Positions 1 through 10,255 of a stretch of DNA of 64,000 bases are shown here, in pieces. Every line of letters starts with the position of its first letter. Within the stretch, counting starts at the first letter, position 1. Origin of the DNA: an uncultured Candidatus Saccharibacteria bacterium (GTDB taxonomy: Bacteria > Patescibacteriota > Doudnabacteria > UBA920). The notes beneath the pieces are model-generated. The model worked only from the letters and a program-made list of their open reading frames with translations. It was not told where the DNA came from and searched no databases. The DNA lies in assembly GCA_964631145.1 (NCBI GenBank), contig CAZVXT010000003.1, forward strand, positions 2,750-66,749, in the 5' to 3' direction. The translations under genes and the position numbers were made by a program.

Positions 1-1
1 A

Positions 2-931
2 AGTAAAGGTGGAACTGCTGGATATGTCTGGCAAGACAATGCTGGCAACCTTCGCATTAACACTGCGGCGCCAAGTAACGCCAACGATACTGCCGGAACT
101 GTGGTCGGTACACAAACTTCTACTCGCGACACTAAGCAAGACATAACTGACTACACCGATTACACCGCTGCTTTGTTGATGGTAACCAATGCACCATTGC
201 ATACTTTTCGCTATATTAAAGATGTCCAAGGTTACGGTGACAATAGTGCGCTTGCAAAACAAAGAATTGGATTCATTGCCGATGAAGTGGCATCTGATTT
301 CATGTGGGGCAATGCTATCGATCAAGTATCAATCAATGGTATATTAATGGCTAGCGTAAAGGCTTTAGATCAGAAAATTTCAGACTTGCAAACTCAAGTA
401 GCAAACATTCAGGGGCAGCAACCTGGCGGACAACCTACTCTTTCTTCTAACACACCGTTAGTATTACATAACCACTTATACTTATCAGAAGATTCAGTCG
501 GTGAAGCCAAGATTTTGTCTGGCAGTACTAGTGTAAGAATTACTTTCTCTAAGCCTTATGAATATCAACCGATTGTTACCATTACTCCTGGTGGCAGAGT
601 GGGTTCTGAATATTGGGTAGCAGATAAGGATAATACTGGATTTACTATTTATATTGCAAACGGTATACAGACAGATGTTATGTTTGACTGGCATGCGTTT
701 GCTGGACCTCAGGCTAAATTAACAATTTCTGATGGTTCGACTACACCGATTACATTGGTAGTAGCAAATAATAATAATTCGGGGCAAGTGTTAGGAGATT
801 CAACTCCGTCTGCAACTGACAATACTGTTACGACTGATTCAACTTCAAATCCAAGTGCTCCATCTGTAGATCCAGCACCAGATAGTACACAATCTAATAC
901 TGCAGATCAAACATCACCACAAAACCCTTAA
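2..931 (+). CDS. C-terminal part of a large surface or tail-fibre-like protein with an S74-type intramolecular chaperone domain (5' end outside the window)
   Basis: The frame is open from position 2. The pattern STRDTKQDI...LHTFRY...IGFIADEV...ASVKALDQKI followed by a coiled coil resembles peptidase S74 chaperone domains; the tail is Ser/Thr/Pro-rich. Confidence 0.65.
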   Translation, partial: SKGGTAGYVWQDNAGNLRINTAAPSNANDTAGTVVGTQTSTRDTKQDITDYTDYTAALLMVTNAPLHTFRYIKDVQGYGDNSALAKQRIGFIADEVASDFMWGNAIDQVSINGILMASVKALDQKISDLQTQVANIQGQQPGGQPTLSSNTPLVLHNHLYLSEDSVGEAKILSGSTSVRITFSKPYEYQPIVTITPGGRVGSEYWVADKDNTGFTIYIANGIQTDVMFDWHAFAGPQAKLTISDGSTTPITLVVANNNNSGQVLGDSTPSATDNTVTTDSTSNPSAPSVDPAPDSTQSNTADQTSPQNP

Positions 932-953
932 AGGTTTGTGGTGATTTGATTTC

Positions 954-980
954 AAAAAACTCTCGCAATCGAGAGTTTTT
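954..980. terminator. Bidirectional intrinsic terminator
   Basis: aaaaaactctcg-caat-cgagagttttt lies between convergent genes. Confidence 0.7.
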
Positions 981-986
981 ATTATT

Positions 987-1589
987 CTAGCTTTGTTGAA
1001 ATTTATCCATTCCTACTTTGTTAGCTAAGTCTTCTACAGATTGCCAGTTTAGATTTTCAAAAAATGCATTAATGTAATCGGCTCTAGCCACTCCATAATC
1101 CATCATGTATGCATGCTCGTAAACGTCTAATGCAACCAGTGGAGTAGCATGCCAAATTGGAAAGCCATCATGCTGATCACCTAAATAATTAAAAAGCTTT
1201 CCTGTTTGCCAATCCCAGGCTAGCCAAACCCAGCCACGTGCTGCCAGACCTGTTGCCTTCATATCTTGTTGCCAAGATTCAAACCCTCCAAATTGTTTAT
1301 CTATTTCAGCGCCTATCCATCCTTGGGGTTTGCCACCTTGTCCAGATAAGTTTTCAAAATAAAGTTCGTGGCTTTTGATTGCGTCTAATGCAAAGCTGTA
1401 ACCAAGTTTTAGAGCTCTTAAATCACTATAAGTGGCATTTGCAGAAGTATAGTCAACTGTTTTTAATTTCTCTAAAATTTCATTTGCTTTTTTGACATAA
1501 CCTTCATAAAGTTTGTAATGCTCGGTCATTAGTTTTTCGGATAGTCCTTTGACTCCACTAATGCTGGCAAATTGTTTTGCTTGATACAT
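987..1589 (-). CDS. sod: Fe/Mn superoxide dismutase
   Basis: Motifs EHYKLYEGY, SHELYFENL, GWVWL and DVYEHAY; start moved to MYQAKQF. Confidence 0.92.
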   Translation of the reverse strand: MYQAKQFASISGVKGLSEKLMTEHYKLYEGYVKKANEILEKLKTVDYTSANATYSDLRALKLGYSFALDAIKSHELYFENLSGQGGKPQGWIGAEIDKQFGGFESWQQDMKATGLAARGWVWLAWDWQTGKLFNYLGDQHDGFPIWHATPLVALDVYEHAYMMDYGVARADYINAFFENLNWQSVEDLANKVGMDKFQQS

Positions 1590-1669
1590 AAAAGTAAGAT
1601 TTAATGGTAATTTAAAAGTAACAAAAAAGATACCGTATCGCAAACGGTATCTTTTTAATTTTTGATTTT

Positions 1670-2236
1670 TTATGCTTTTCCTAAAGTGTCTTTGCCGTGT
1701 TCCCAGTTTGCAGGGCATCTCTCGCCAGTTTGTAATGCTTCTACTACTCTAAGCATTTCGGTGATATTTCTTCCTACAGAATCTGCAGAAACAAGCATAA
1801 AACGAAGCTTTCCTTCTGGATCGATTACAAAAGTTCCTCGTTGAGCGCTTCCGTCATCGTCTAGAACATCATAAATATCTGCTAGTTCTTGGGTTGTATC
1901 TGCAATAATTGGATAGCTAACCTCTTTTAATCGTGCATCAGTTTCAAACCATGCTTTGTGTGCATACTCACTGTCTGTGCTTGCACCTAAAACTTCACAA
2001 TTTAGTTTTTGGAATTCTGGATATAGCTTTCCAAATTCTGCAATCTCAGTAGGGCAGATAAAGGTAAAATCTCTTGGATAAAAGAATAGCACTAACCATT
2101 TTCCTGAGTAGTCGCTAAGAGAGACCTTATGAAATTCTCCTTTATGATAACTTTGCATGTCTTTAAATATTGGAGCTGCTTGTCCAACTTTTGGTGCAAA
2201 ATCAAAGTCATTAAATTCTTCTATATTGTTTTCCAT
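1670..2236 (-). CDS. ahpC: 2-Cys peroxiredoxin
   Basis: FFYPRDFTFICPTE and CPANW motifs. Confidence 0.95.
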   Translation of the reverse strand: MENNIEEFNDFDFAPKVGQAAPIFKDMQSYHKGEFHKVSLSDYSGKWLVLFFYPRDFTFICPTEIAEFGKLYPEFQKLNCEVLGASTDSEYAHKAWFETDARLKEVSYPIIADTTQELADIYDVLDDDGSAQRGTFVIDPEGKLRFMLVSADSVGRNITEMLRVVEALQTGERCPANWEHGKDTLGKA

Positions 2237-2499
2237 AAAATATTATTAATTACATGTTTATAATAACTTGTTTTTCAAATATTTTGAAGTAACTAAGAAA
2301 TGAATTAACTACAGGTTTATATAACTTTTGAGTGAATTCCGCAGCCCTATATTATAAGTTAATTTTTAGAGCGAGGACTAGTGAAATAGTTATATAAACC
2401 TCGTTGTATATTCTTTAAAGATTATAAAATTCTTTTATAAGATAGATTTGACCAAAGTGGGGTAGAAGTGGTATATTGATGTTGTTAATTTAATTTTAA

Positions 2500-2688
2500 A
2501 ATTTTGTTGTTTGCCGTAATTCTTACTTTGGAAGAAGCGCAGAATGATTTTAAACTATGAACAAATTTTCCACTCTTTCTTTAAGAGAATCTAGTAAAAA
2601 TTTTATATTTAGACCAATGTCAGCACAACTGGCTGGTCTTTAATTTTTGCTAAAATTTGATGTTTAAAATACTGCAAGCAGCAAGTTT
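2500..2688 (+). ncRNA. Structured RNA upstream of rny (6S RNA-like or cis-regulatory leader)
   Basis: Nested stems 2504-14/2674-84, 2547-55/2662-70, 2562-69/2652-59, 2592-2602/2642-52 and 2611-16/2634-39, downstream of a TTGACC..TGnTATATT promoter. Confidence 0.45.
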
Positions 2689-2699
2689 GTAAGGATTTT

Positions 2700-4244
2700 A
2701 TGTTATTAATTTATATTGCTATTGGATTAGCGGTTGGCGCTCTAATTGGATATTTTGGTCGCCAAACATTGATTTCCAAAAAAGTAGCTGGTGCAGAAAG
2801 AAATGCAGAGCGAATTTTGGAAGATGCAAAAAATAAAGAGAAAGAAGTTTTAATCGAAGCTAAAGCTAGAGCTTTAGAAATAACCGAATCTGCTAAAAAA
2901 GCAGAAGCGGATTTCCGGGCGCAAATTGTACGCTTTGAAGAGCGTATTGATCGCCGTGAAAAAGATTTGGACGTAAAAACTTCTCAGTTAGAGAAGCGAA
3001 ATAGTGAAGTCGAGCAAGAAAAGAAGGATTTACAAATTGCTCGAGACGAAGTTAAAGAGCTTAGAGCTAAGCAATTAGAAAACTTGCAAAAAATTGCTGC
3101 TATGACAAAGGAAGAAGCGGCAAAAGTTTTGTTAGATAATACAGAAAAGCAAATTAAAGAAGAAATGCTTGGATTGCACCGTAAGTTAATTGCGGAGGCT
3201 CATGAGACAGCAGACAAAGAAGCTCGCAAAATAGTTGCTCAAGCCATCGAACGCGTGGCAACTGAAGTTACTGCAGAAAGCACAACAACTACTGTTGATA
3301 TTCCTAACGAAGAAATGAAGGGTCGTATTATCGGAAAAGAAGGGCGTAATATTAGAACCTTTGAGCAGTTAATGGGTGTTGAAATTTTAATTGATGATAG
3401 TCCAGACTCTGTAGTTGTTTCTGGGTTTAATTCTATAAGACGTTACATTGCAAAGTTAACATTAGAAAAACTTTTACAAGATGGACGTATTCATCCTGCT
3501 CGCATTGAAGAAGGGTATGAAAAAAGCAAAGCTGAAGTTAACGAGCAAATTAAACGCGCTGGTGAAGATGCAGTTTACGAACTTGGTATTACATCATTTC
3601 CTCCAAAGCTTGTGCATCTGGTTGGGCGTTTAAAGTTTAGAACTTCATATGGACAAAACATTTTGCTTCACTCTGTAGAAATGGCAAAGATTGCATCTTT
3701 AATTGCAGAACAGCTTGGCGCTGATCAGCAGATAGTTAAGCAAGGTGCGCTTCTTCACGATATTGGTAAAGCGCTTGATCAAGATATGGAAGGAACTCAT
3801 GTGGAAATTGGTCGTCGTATTGCCGAGAAGTTTGGATTAGATGAAAAAGTTATTGAAGCTATCGAATCTCATCACCACGACACTGATGTGGCTGAGCATT
3901 CTACTCATCGTCAGCCATTATCTGTAGAGGCTATGATTGTAGATGCTGCGGATGGTATTTCTGGTTCTCGTCCTGGAGCTCGTAAAGACAGCTTTGAAAA
4001 TTATGTAAAGCGCTTAACAGATCTCGAAACTATTGCCAATTCCTTTGAAGGCGTAGAAAAGACTTATGCAATTCAGGGTGGTAGAGAACTTCGAGTTTTC
4101 GTAACTCCAACTGTGCTTGATGATTATGCTTGTCAAAAACTTGCTCGTAGTATTGCTAATCGTTTGCAGAATGAGCTTAAATTTCCTGGTGAAATTAGAG
4201 TTCAGGTAATTCGCGACTTTAGAGTAATCGAGTACGCAAGATAA
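2700..4244 (+). CDS. rny: Ribonuclease Y
   Basis: N-terminal TM helix, coiled coil, KH domain (KGRIIGKEGRNIR) and HD domain (LLHDIGK). Confidence 0.97.
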   Translation: MLLIYIAIGLAVGALIGYFGRQTLISKKVAGAERNAERILEDAKNKEKEVLIEAKARALEITESAKKAEADFRAQIVRFEERIDRREKDLDVKTSQLEKRNSEVEQEKKDLQIARDEVKELRAKQLENLQKIAAMTKEEAAKVLLDNTEKQIKEEMLGLHRKLIAEAHETADKEARKIVAQAIERVATEVTAESTTTTVDIPNEEMKGRIIGKEGRNIRTFEQLMGVEILIDDSPDSVVVSGFNSIRRYIAKLTLEKLLQDGRIHPARIEEGYEKSKAEVNEQIKRAGEDAVYELGITSFPPKLVHLVGRLKFRTSYGQNILLHSVEMAKIASLIAEQLGADQQIVKQGALLHDIGKALDQDMEGTHVEIGRRIAEKFGLDEKVIEAIESHHHDTDVAEHSTHRQPLSVEAMIVDAADGISGSRPGARKDSFENYVKRLTDLETIANSFEGVEKTYAIQGGRELRVFVTPTVLDDYACQKLARSIANRLQNELKFPGEIRVQVIRDFRVIEYAR

Positions 4245-4319
4245 AATTATATTAACTTTAATAAACTTTGGTGTTAAATTTAATACCAAAGTTTTTTTTA
4301 TTTTTTAAGGAGGAAAAAA

Positions 4320-5104
4320 ATGGCAAGACGAAAAAGCATCATTGTTGTTCTAGTATCACAGAGCAAGATTATTATGATCAAGCTCAAAAGCAATTATTAA
4401 AACATCACCCATTTTCTGACAAGGTTGTCAGTGCAATTATTAGCACATTAGAGCTTGGAGATTTTTGTGGTTGTAAACTGCTAGCAATTGGACAAGTAGT
4501 TGATTCTAAGTTTTTTTGGCAATATGTTTTGAACACTGGAAAGTTGTCCATCGATCAAGTTAGAGAAATAGCAGAAAGGCATTATTTAAGTTGGAAGTGT
4601 TTGTTAAGAATGACGGCAAAGGCAAAAGAAAAAAATCCTAAAGCCAATGGTATTTTTAAGATGCCATATAAAAAAGAAGACTTTGAACTAGTGTTAGCTA
4701 GGGGTGGTGACGAAGAAGTTTTGGCTTTAGGTATTCAATCCGGGTTGTATAAGCAGGAAGATATTATTAGTTTATTACAAGAAAATAACTATGGATTGGG
4801 TTGCGACTGTGTGCAAATCGCCATTATTGAAAGTAAGATAATGCCTTTGGTTGGCATATGGTTGCTTGATCGATATTCGGGTGATTATGCTTTGGGGGTG
4901 ATAAATCTGTATTTAGATATAGATCGTCCTAAAGGTGAGGATTTGGAAGATTATTTAGAATCTGCGGTAGAATTATTTCCTCATTATTCAGCAGCGATTT
5001 ATACTAAAGCTTTGCAAATCCCAAATAATCAATTATCAGATAGTTTTCTTGCTCAGTTGGTTAGAAATGGTGCACTCAATGTATCTGTTCCAGCAAGTGC
5101 TTAG
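4320..5104 (+). pseudogene. Hypothetical protein, apparently frameshifted just after its start
   Basis: AAGGAGG plus ATG at 4320 is out of frame with the long ORF; one extra A in the A5 run at 4331-4335 would give MARRKKHHCC... Confidence 0.5.
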
Positions 5105-5202
5105 CATTTTTGAAGCGTATATTGTACGCTTCTTTTTATTTTGTGTAATTGTTATAATTGGTATTAGCAAGAAGTGCTTTTTAGTTTTAAAATTTATTTA
5201 TT

Positions 5203-5537
5203 GTAGAGCAACATAGTAAAGTTCATAAACCATCAGTTGTTGATTACTATTAATTATATTTATAGTTTTTGCTAGTTGGATAGGATTATTTTTTCTTCCT
5301 TTAGAAAACTGGCAATACGATGGTGTGATATTATACGCTGTTCCTTTATTTTGAGGCTTGGTATTTTATTTATTTGGAAGATATAAAGGGTGGGATAAGC
5401 CTTTGCATTCTTTATTGAAATATTTTTTGATATTGTTTATGTTAGCAGTCTCAATATGTATTATGCTTATTATATTTACTATTTTCTTTGCTATTTTGGG
5501 ATTATTTCACACTTCTTCTTACGGAGGTTTTATATAA
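5203..5537 (+). pseudogene. Degraded small membrane-protein gene
   Basis: Hydrophobic frame LLLIIFIVFASWIGLFF...VPLF*GLVFYLFG...GGFI with an internal TGA at 5352 and a probable frameshift near 5241. Confidence 0.45.
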
Positions 5538-5541
5538 AATT

Positions 5542-6351
5542 ATGACTAAAATATTGATAATCGGGGATATCATGGGTAAGCCAGGACGACTAGGTTTGCA
5601 AAAGATTATCCCAGAACTAAAAACTGAATACTCTCCAGATGTAATGCTGGCAAATGTAGAAAATTTAACTCACGGCAAAGGTATAATTGAAAAGCATATT
5701 ATAGAATTAAATAATTTGGGATTTGATGCTTATACTTCCGGTAATCACGTTTTTGATAGCGGTCCGCATGCAGAAGATTGCTTTGATAAATTTCCGCAAA
5801 TTATTCGCCCTGCTAATTATACCGGAATCAATAAACATCTTCCTGGATCTGGCTATTACCGTTTTGCCAAAAATGGACAGCAATTTTTGGTGATAAATCT
5901 GTCTGGACAGGTATTTATGAATGGTAAAGATAAATTTGAAATCACTAATGCATTTTTTGAATTTGATAAAATCTATCAAGATCAAGCCAGTAAAGATGAT
6001 ATAATTATTGTAGATTTGCATGCGGAGGCAACTAGCGAAAAACAAGCTCTTGCTTGGTATATTGATGGGCGCGCTCATGTTTTGTATGGTACTCATACCC
6101 ATGTTCCAACTAACGATGCAAAGATTTTGCCTAAGGGCTTGGCTACTCAAACTGATGTAGGGATGACAGGCGATCGAGATTCTGTGATAGGTGTGATTCC
6201 GGACAGTGCTTTAGTTTTATATTTACAAAACGCAAAACCAAAATTAGATATTGTAGAAGCCGGAATCGCAGTGGTTAATGCATTATATGTAGAAATAGAA
6301 AACGGACGTGCGACCAACACGAAAATTATACAAAAAGAAATAGAAGTTTAA
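5542..6351 (+). CDS. ymdB: YmdB-family metallophosphoesterase
   Basis: Motifs IGDIMGKPG, NVEN, TSGNH, DLHAEATSEK and GTHTHVPT; synteny with rny. Confidence 0.92.
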   Translation: MTKILIIGDIMGKPGRLGLQKIIPELKTEYSPDVMLANVENLTHGKGIIEKHIIELNNLGFDAYTSGNHVFDSGPHAEDCFDKFPQIIRPANYTGINKHLPGSGYYRFAKNGQQFLVINLSGQVFMNGKDKFEITNAFFEFDKIYQDQASKDDIIIVDLHAEATSEKQALAWYIDGRAHVLYGTHTHVPTNDAKILPKGLATQTDVGMTGDRDSVIGVIPDSALVLYLQNAKPKLDIVEAGIAVVNALYVEIENGRATNTKIIQKEIEV

Positions 6352-6369
6352 TTTTAATTTAAAATAAAA

Positions 6370-6894
6370 ATGCAATTTATTAAACCAGATCAAATAGTAT
6401 CACAAATTGGCTTAAGATCTACTAATGTGGTGGCAGACTTTGGTTGCGGAGCTGGGTATTTTAGCTTAGCGGCTGCAAAAATTGTGGGAGCAAGTGGCAA
6501 GGTTTATTCGATAGATATCCAAGATGCAAAATTAGCTGCAACGGCTTCTGCTGCATCGGGACATAATTTGCGCAATATACAGACACTACACGCTGATCTA
6601 GAAAAGACCTTAAACTTGGATGCTGGAACTTTTGATGCTGTAATGCTTGCTAGTATACTTCACGAAGCTAAAGATTTAGATACAGTAATTGCCAATGCAT
6701 ATCGATTATTAAAAACTGCAGGGTTGCTGCTTATTGTAGAATGGAAGACTCAATCTACTCCGTTTGGTCCAAGCTTGGAACGCAGAATTTCGGAGCCAGA
6801 TTTGCTGAGCAAATTAGAAAAAGCCGGATTTGGTATGCTTAAGCAGTTAAAAGCAGACTCTTATCATTATGCGGCTGTTTTAAAGAAGCATTAA
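6370..6894 (+). CDS. Class I SAM-dependent methyltransferase
   Basis: VADFGCGAG motif I. Confidence 0.85.
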   Translation: MQFIKPDQIVSQIGLRSTNVVADFGCGAGYFSLAAAKIVGASGKVYSIDIQDAKLAATASAASGHNLRNIQTLHADLEKTLNLDAGTFDAVMLASILHEAKDLDTVIANAYRLLKTAGLLLIVEWKTQSTPFGPSLERRISEPDLLSKLEKAGFGMLKQLKADSYHYAAVLKKH

Positions 6895-6941
6895 ATTGCC
6901 CTCTTGCATCAGTTATAAACTTTCGGTAAGATAATTTTATT

Positions 6942-7355
6942 ATGTTAACAAATATACATTTTTCCAATCTTTTGAAAAAAGATTACTGGTTAGAAATAGA
7001 TAGAGTAAGTTTACATTTTATAGATAAAAGTTTTTTGTATCTTGGAGCGGTTTTGGTGGTTTTAGGCGTTGGGGTTTTGGTTTGGAAATCTATATATAAA
7101 AATCAATTATTAAAACCATCGTTGTCTACAATAGGAAATACTTTGCTTGTAGTGGGTATACTAGAAATGCTATGGTTTTTGCTCAGAATTCAATTTATAT
7201 CTGTTTTGGGTACAAGGATTTCTGCATTAATTGTTGTGATTGCTGGAATCCTTTGGCTAATTAAACCAATAAAATACTTATTATTGCATTATAAATCAGA
7301 TTTACAAGATTATCATAAAAAACAACTCAAAGAAAAATACTTACAAATGAGATAA
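6942..7355 (+). CDS. Hypothetical membrane protein
   Basis: 137-aa ORF with three hydrophobic segments. Confidence 0.7.
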   Translation: MLTNIHFSNLLKKDYWLEIDRVSLHFIDKSFLYLGAVLVVLGVGVLVWKSIYKNQLLKPSLSTIGNTLLVVGILEMLWFLLRIQFISVLGTRISALIVVIAGILWLIKPIKYLLLHYKSDLQDYHKKQLKEKYLQMR

Positions 7356-7436
7356 ATAAAAAGCACTATAAAGTGCTTTTTATATTGACATTTGATTTAC
7401 AATTCTATATGATTGATCAGTTTGATAGGAGGACTT

Positions 7437-8375
7437 ATGATTGAATTAATTGTTATTCCAGCATTAGAGATTAAGGGATTTGGAGAGTTTTGTAAAACTT
7501 ATGGTCCAAATGCAATTGCTTTAGACGGTTTTGTAAAAGCATCTCCACAGAGAAGCTTTAAAAATCGTTGTATTAATTGGAATCACCATGACGGTGTTAG
7601 TCGTGCAGATACTTACGCAACCTGCGCACAAGCTTTAACAGGAATACGCCAACAAGCTATGTTAATGTTTAAACAAGATGGTGATACAAATGTAAAAGTT
7701 TATGTTAATGATTGTGATGAAGATGTTTGTTTGGCATGGGCTATTATCCATAATTTTCATTTACACAAATCTCCTTATAATCCACTTTTAAATCGTCTCG
7801 TTGAAATTGAAAATAGATTAGACGCCTCTATGGGTATATATCCATATGGTGTAGATTTACCAATGTTAAAAACTTTAGAGTGGATTTATCAGCCTTATAG
7901 AGAGTTTGTAAAAAATGGTGGCAAAAATAAATCTATTGCAAATGAATTTGCTTCTGTAATATTTTCAGTAGAAAATAGAATTAACTCTTACTTATTAGGA
8001 AATGCTGAAGAGTTACCAGTAGATGATAGTTATGATTTGGTTAAAGATTATAAAATTGGAAACTATAGAATAGGTCAAATTATTCAACATGGATCCCTCG
8101 CAAAAATGCTTGCATGCAAAGAAGGGATTCATATCGGCTTAACTATTCAGTCTAATACATTAGGTAAAAATAATGTTACTATCTGGTCTTCAACGCCATA
8201 CATTCCATGTAACATAGAAAAATTAAGCAAAAGATTTAATTTTTTAGAAAAACCTGTAATTGGAAGCTGGGGCGGTGGTGATAGCATATGCGCTAGTCCG
8301 CGTAACATAGGAACAAGTTTAAGCGCCGAAGTTATTTGGGAAGAATTAATTAAAAATATAAAAAGCAATTTATAA
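7437..8375 (+). CDS. Hypothetical protein, possibly DHH-phosphoesterase-like
   Basis: AGGAGG precedes ATG 7437; motifs NWNHH, NDCDED and WGGG. Confidence 0.6.
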   Translation: MIELIVIPALEIKGFGEFCKTYGPNAIALDGFVKASPQRSFKNRCINWNHHDGVSRADTYATCAQALTGIRQQAMLMFKQDGDTNVKVYVNDCDEDVCLAWAIIHNFHLHKSPYNPLLNRLVEIENRLDASMGIYPYGVDLPMLKTLEWIYQPYREFVKNGGKNKSIANEFASVIFSVENRINSYLLGNAEELPVDDSYDLVKDYKIGNYRIGQIIQHGSLAKMLACKEGIHIGLTIQSNTLGKNNVTIWSSTPYIPCNIEKLSKRFNFLEKPVIGSWGGGDSICASPRNIGTSLSAEVIWEELIKNIKSNL

Positions 8376-8452
8376 AAATTTACACGGTTTATATTAACCG
8401 TGTTTTATTTTTTCTTTATTTGGATTTTACCAGCGCTATATAATAATAAATT

Positions 8453-8863
8453 ATGATTAATAAGTTTGGAGTTGGAAAATTTGCAGAAGATTATGCTTTG
8501 TCTTTATACCAAAAGCAAGGATTTGTATTAGTTAAAAGAAATGAGTTTAACCATAAAGGTAAACAGTTGGGGGAAATAGATTTTATTGTTTACAAAAATA
8601 GGCAGCTTGTTTTTGTAGAAGTTAAAGCTAGAAGTAATATCAAATATGGAACGCCTCAAGAATTTGTAGATAAATATAAACAAAATAAATTAATTAAAAC
8701 TGCTAAATGGTTTTTGGCTACCCATCCTAATTTGCAAAATCTACAACCCCAATTTGATGTTATTGCAATTATGATTGACAAGAAAGCAGTTGAAGCTTTA
8801 GATATTGACAAAATAATCAAATCTGTTATAATAATTTCGAATACAGTTGAGGTAAATGACTAG
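8453..8863 (+). CDS. yraN: YraN family (UPF0102) protein
   Basis: Motifs GEIDFI, FVEVKAR and FDVIAI. Confidence 0.9.
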   Translation: MINKFGVGKFAEDYALSLYQKQGFVLVKRNEFNHKGKQLGEIDFIVYKNRQLVFVEVKARSNIKYGTPQEFVDKYKQNKLIKTAKWFLATHPNLQNLQPQFDVIAIMIDKKAVEALDIDKIIKSVIIISNTVEVND

Positions 8864-8896
8864 ATGAGCCGAGCTCATCTTTTTATTTAAACGCAC

Positions 8897-9007
8897 TTAT
8901 ATTTTTGGATTATTTTTATGTCAGCTGCTCCGCTCTTCGCTCTGTGTACTAGAAAGTACACATCGCTTGATGCTCTCAGCTTCCTCAAACTAATCACAAA
9001 AATATAA
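8897..9007. repeat. Palindromic REP/MITE-like element
   Basis: Terminal inverted repeat ttatattttt-ggatta / taatcacaaaaatataa with inner palindrome tgtgtact-agaa-agtacaca. Confidence 0.5.
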
Positions 9008-9067
9008 CCGCTTAATATCCTTGCATTAACCTATAATTATAATTTATTAGATATTAATTCATTCAAA

Positions 9068-10246
9068 ATGAACGAACAATTAGAACAAGCTTTGCAACAA
9101 ATTGCAGAGGAAAAAGGAATTAGTCGTGAAGAAATACTCGCTATGATCGAGGCTTCTTTAGCTGCGGCTTTTCGTAAAGACTTTGGTAACAAAGATCAAA
9201 ATATTATTGTTGAATTTAATCCAGAAGATTTATCAGCAAAAATCTTTGATGAAAAAACTGTTGTCCCGATAGCGCAAGAAGAAATTGAAGATCAGCAAAA
9301 AGAAATTTCTGTAGAAGAAGCTCAATCCTGGAAACCTGGTGTAAAACCAGGAGATGTTATTAGACAAGAGATTACTCCAGAAGATGGTATGGAATTTGGT
9401 CGTATTGCCGCTCAAACTGCAAAGCAGGTTATTATTCAAAAACTTCGAGAAGCAGAACGTAACATGCAATTTTCTGATTTCAAATCTAAAGAACGCACCC
9501 TTATTAATGGTATTGTACAAAGAGTTGAAGGTGATACGGTACTTATTGATTTAGGCAAAGCAGTTGGTATTTTGTTCCCGTCAGAAAAAATTCGCAGTGA
9601 AAAATATGAAGTAGGGCAAAGAGTTAAAGTCTTAGTTTTACACGTTGAGCCAACAAGTAAGGGTCCAAAAATTACTTTGTCTCGTAGCCATCCTGATATG
9701 GTTCGTAAGCTTTTCGAATTAGAAGTTCCTGAAATATTTAACGGCACTGTAGAAATTAAGTCCGTTGCTAGAGAAGCTGGAAGTCGCAGCAAAATTGCTG
9801 TAACCTCCACTCAAGAAGGTATTGATCCTATTGGTTCTTGTGTAGGACAAAAAGGAACTCGTGTTCAAACAGTTATGGCAGAATTGGGTGGCGAAAAAAT
9901 TGATATTATCGAATGGGACGAAGATCCTGTAAAATTTATTGCTAATAGTTTGTCTCCAGCAAAAATCTTGAATGTACAGTTGGACTTTGAAGAGCAGTCT
10001 GCTAAAGTTGGTGTTCTTGAAGATCAATTGTCTCTTGCAATTGGTAAGTCTGGTCAAAATGTTCGCTTGGCTGCTCGTTTAACAAACTGGAAAATTGATA
10101 TTGCTTCTGAAGGTGGTAGCTCTGCTCCTGCAGAAGGCTCAGAAGTTGAAGAAAATAGCAGCATAGATGAATCTGCTCCATCAATCGCAGATCAAGAAAG
10201 CATTATGACTGAATTTACTGACGAACAAACAGAAACTAACGAATAA
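9068..10246 (+). CDS. nusA: Transcription factor NusA
   Basis: FGRIAAQTAKQVI, S1 and KH domains, AIGKSGQNVRLA. Confidence 0.98.
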   Translation: MNEQLEQALQQIAEEKGISREEILAMIEASLAAAFRKDFGNKDQNIIVEFNPEDLSAKIFDEKTVVPIAQEEIEDQQKEISVEEAQSWKPGVKPGDVIRQEITPEDGMEFGRIAAQTAKQVIIQKLREAERNMQFSDFKSKERTLINGIVQRVEGDTVLIDLGKAVGILFPSEKIRSEKYEVGQRVKVLVLHVEPTSKGPKITLSRSHPDMVRKLFELEVPEIFNGTVEIKSVAREAGSRSKIAVTSTQEGIDPIGSCVGQKGTRVQTVMAELGGEKIDIIEWDEDPVKFIANSLSPAKILNVQLDFEEQSAKVGVLEDQLSLAIGKSGQNVRLAARLTNWKIDIASEGGSSAPAEGSEVEENSSIDESAPSIADQESIMTEFTDEQTETNE

Positions 10247-10255
10247 TTTAATTTT

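Noticed and set aside
5241-5354. UGA recoding (genetic code 4 or 25)
   Set aside because: Long conserved genes have no internal TGA and TGA ends genes at 21224, 47939 and 58266; this locus looks like a pseudogene.
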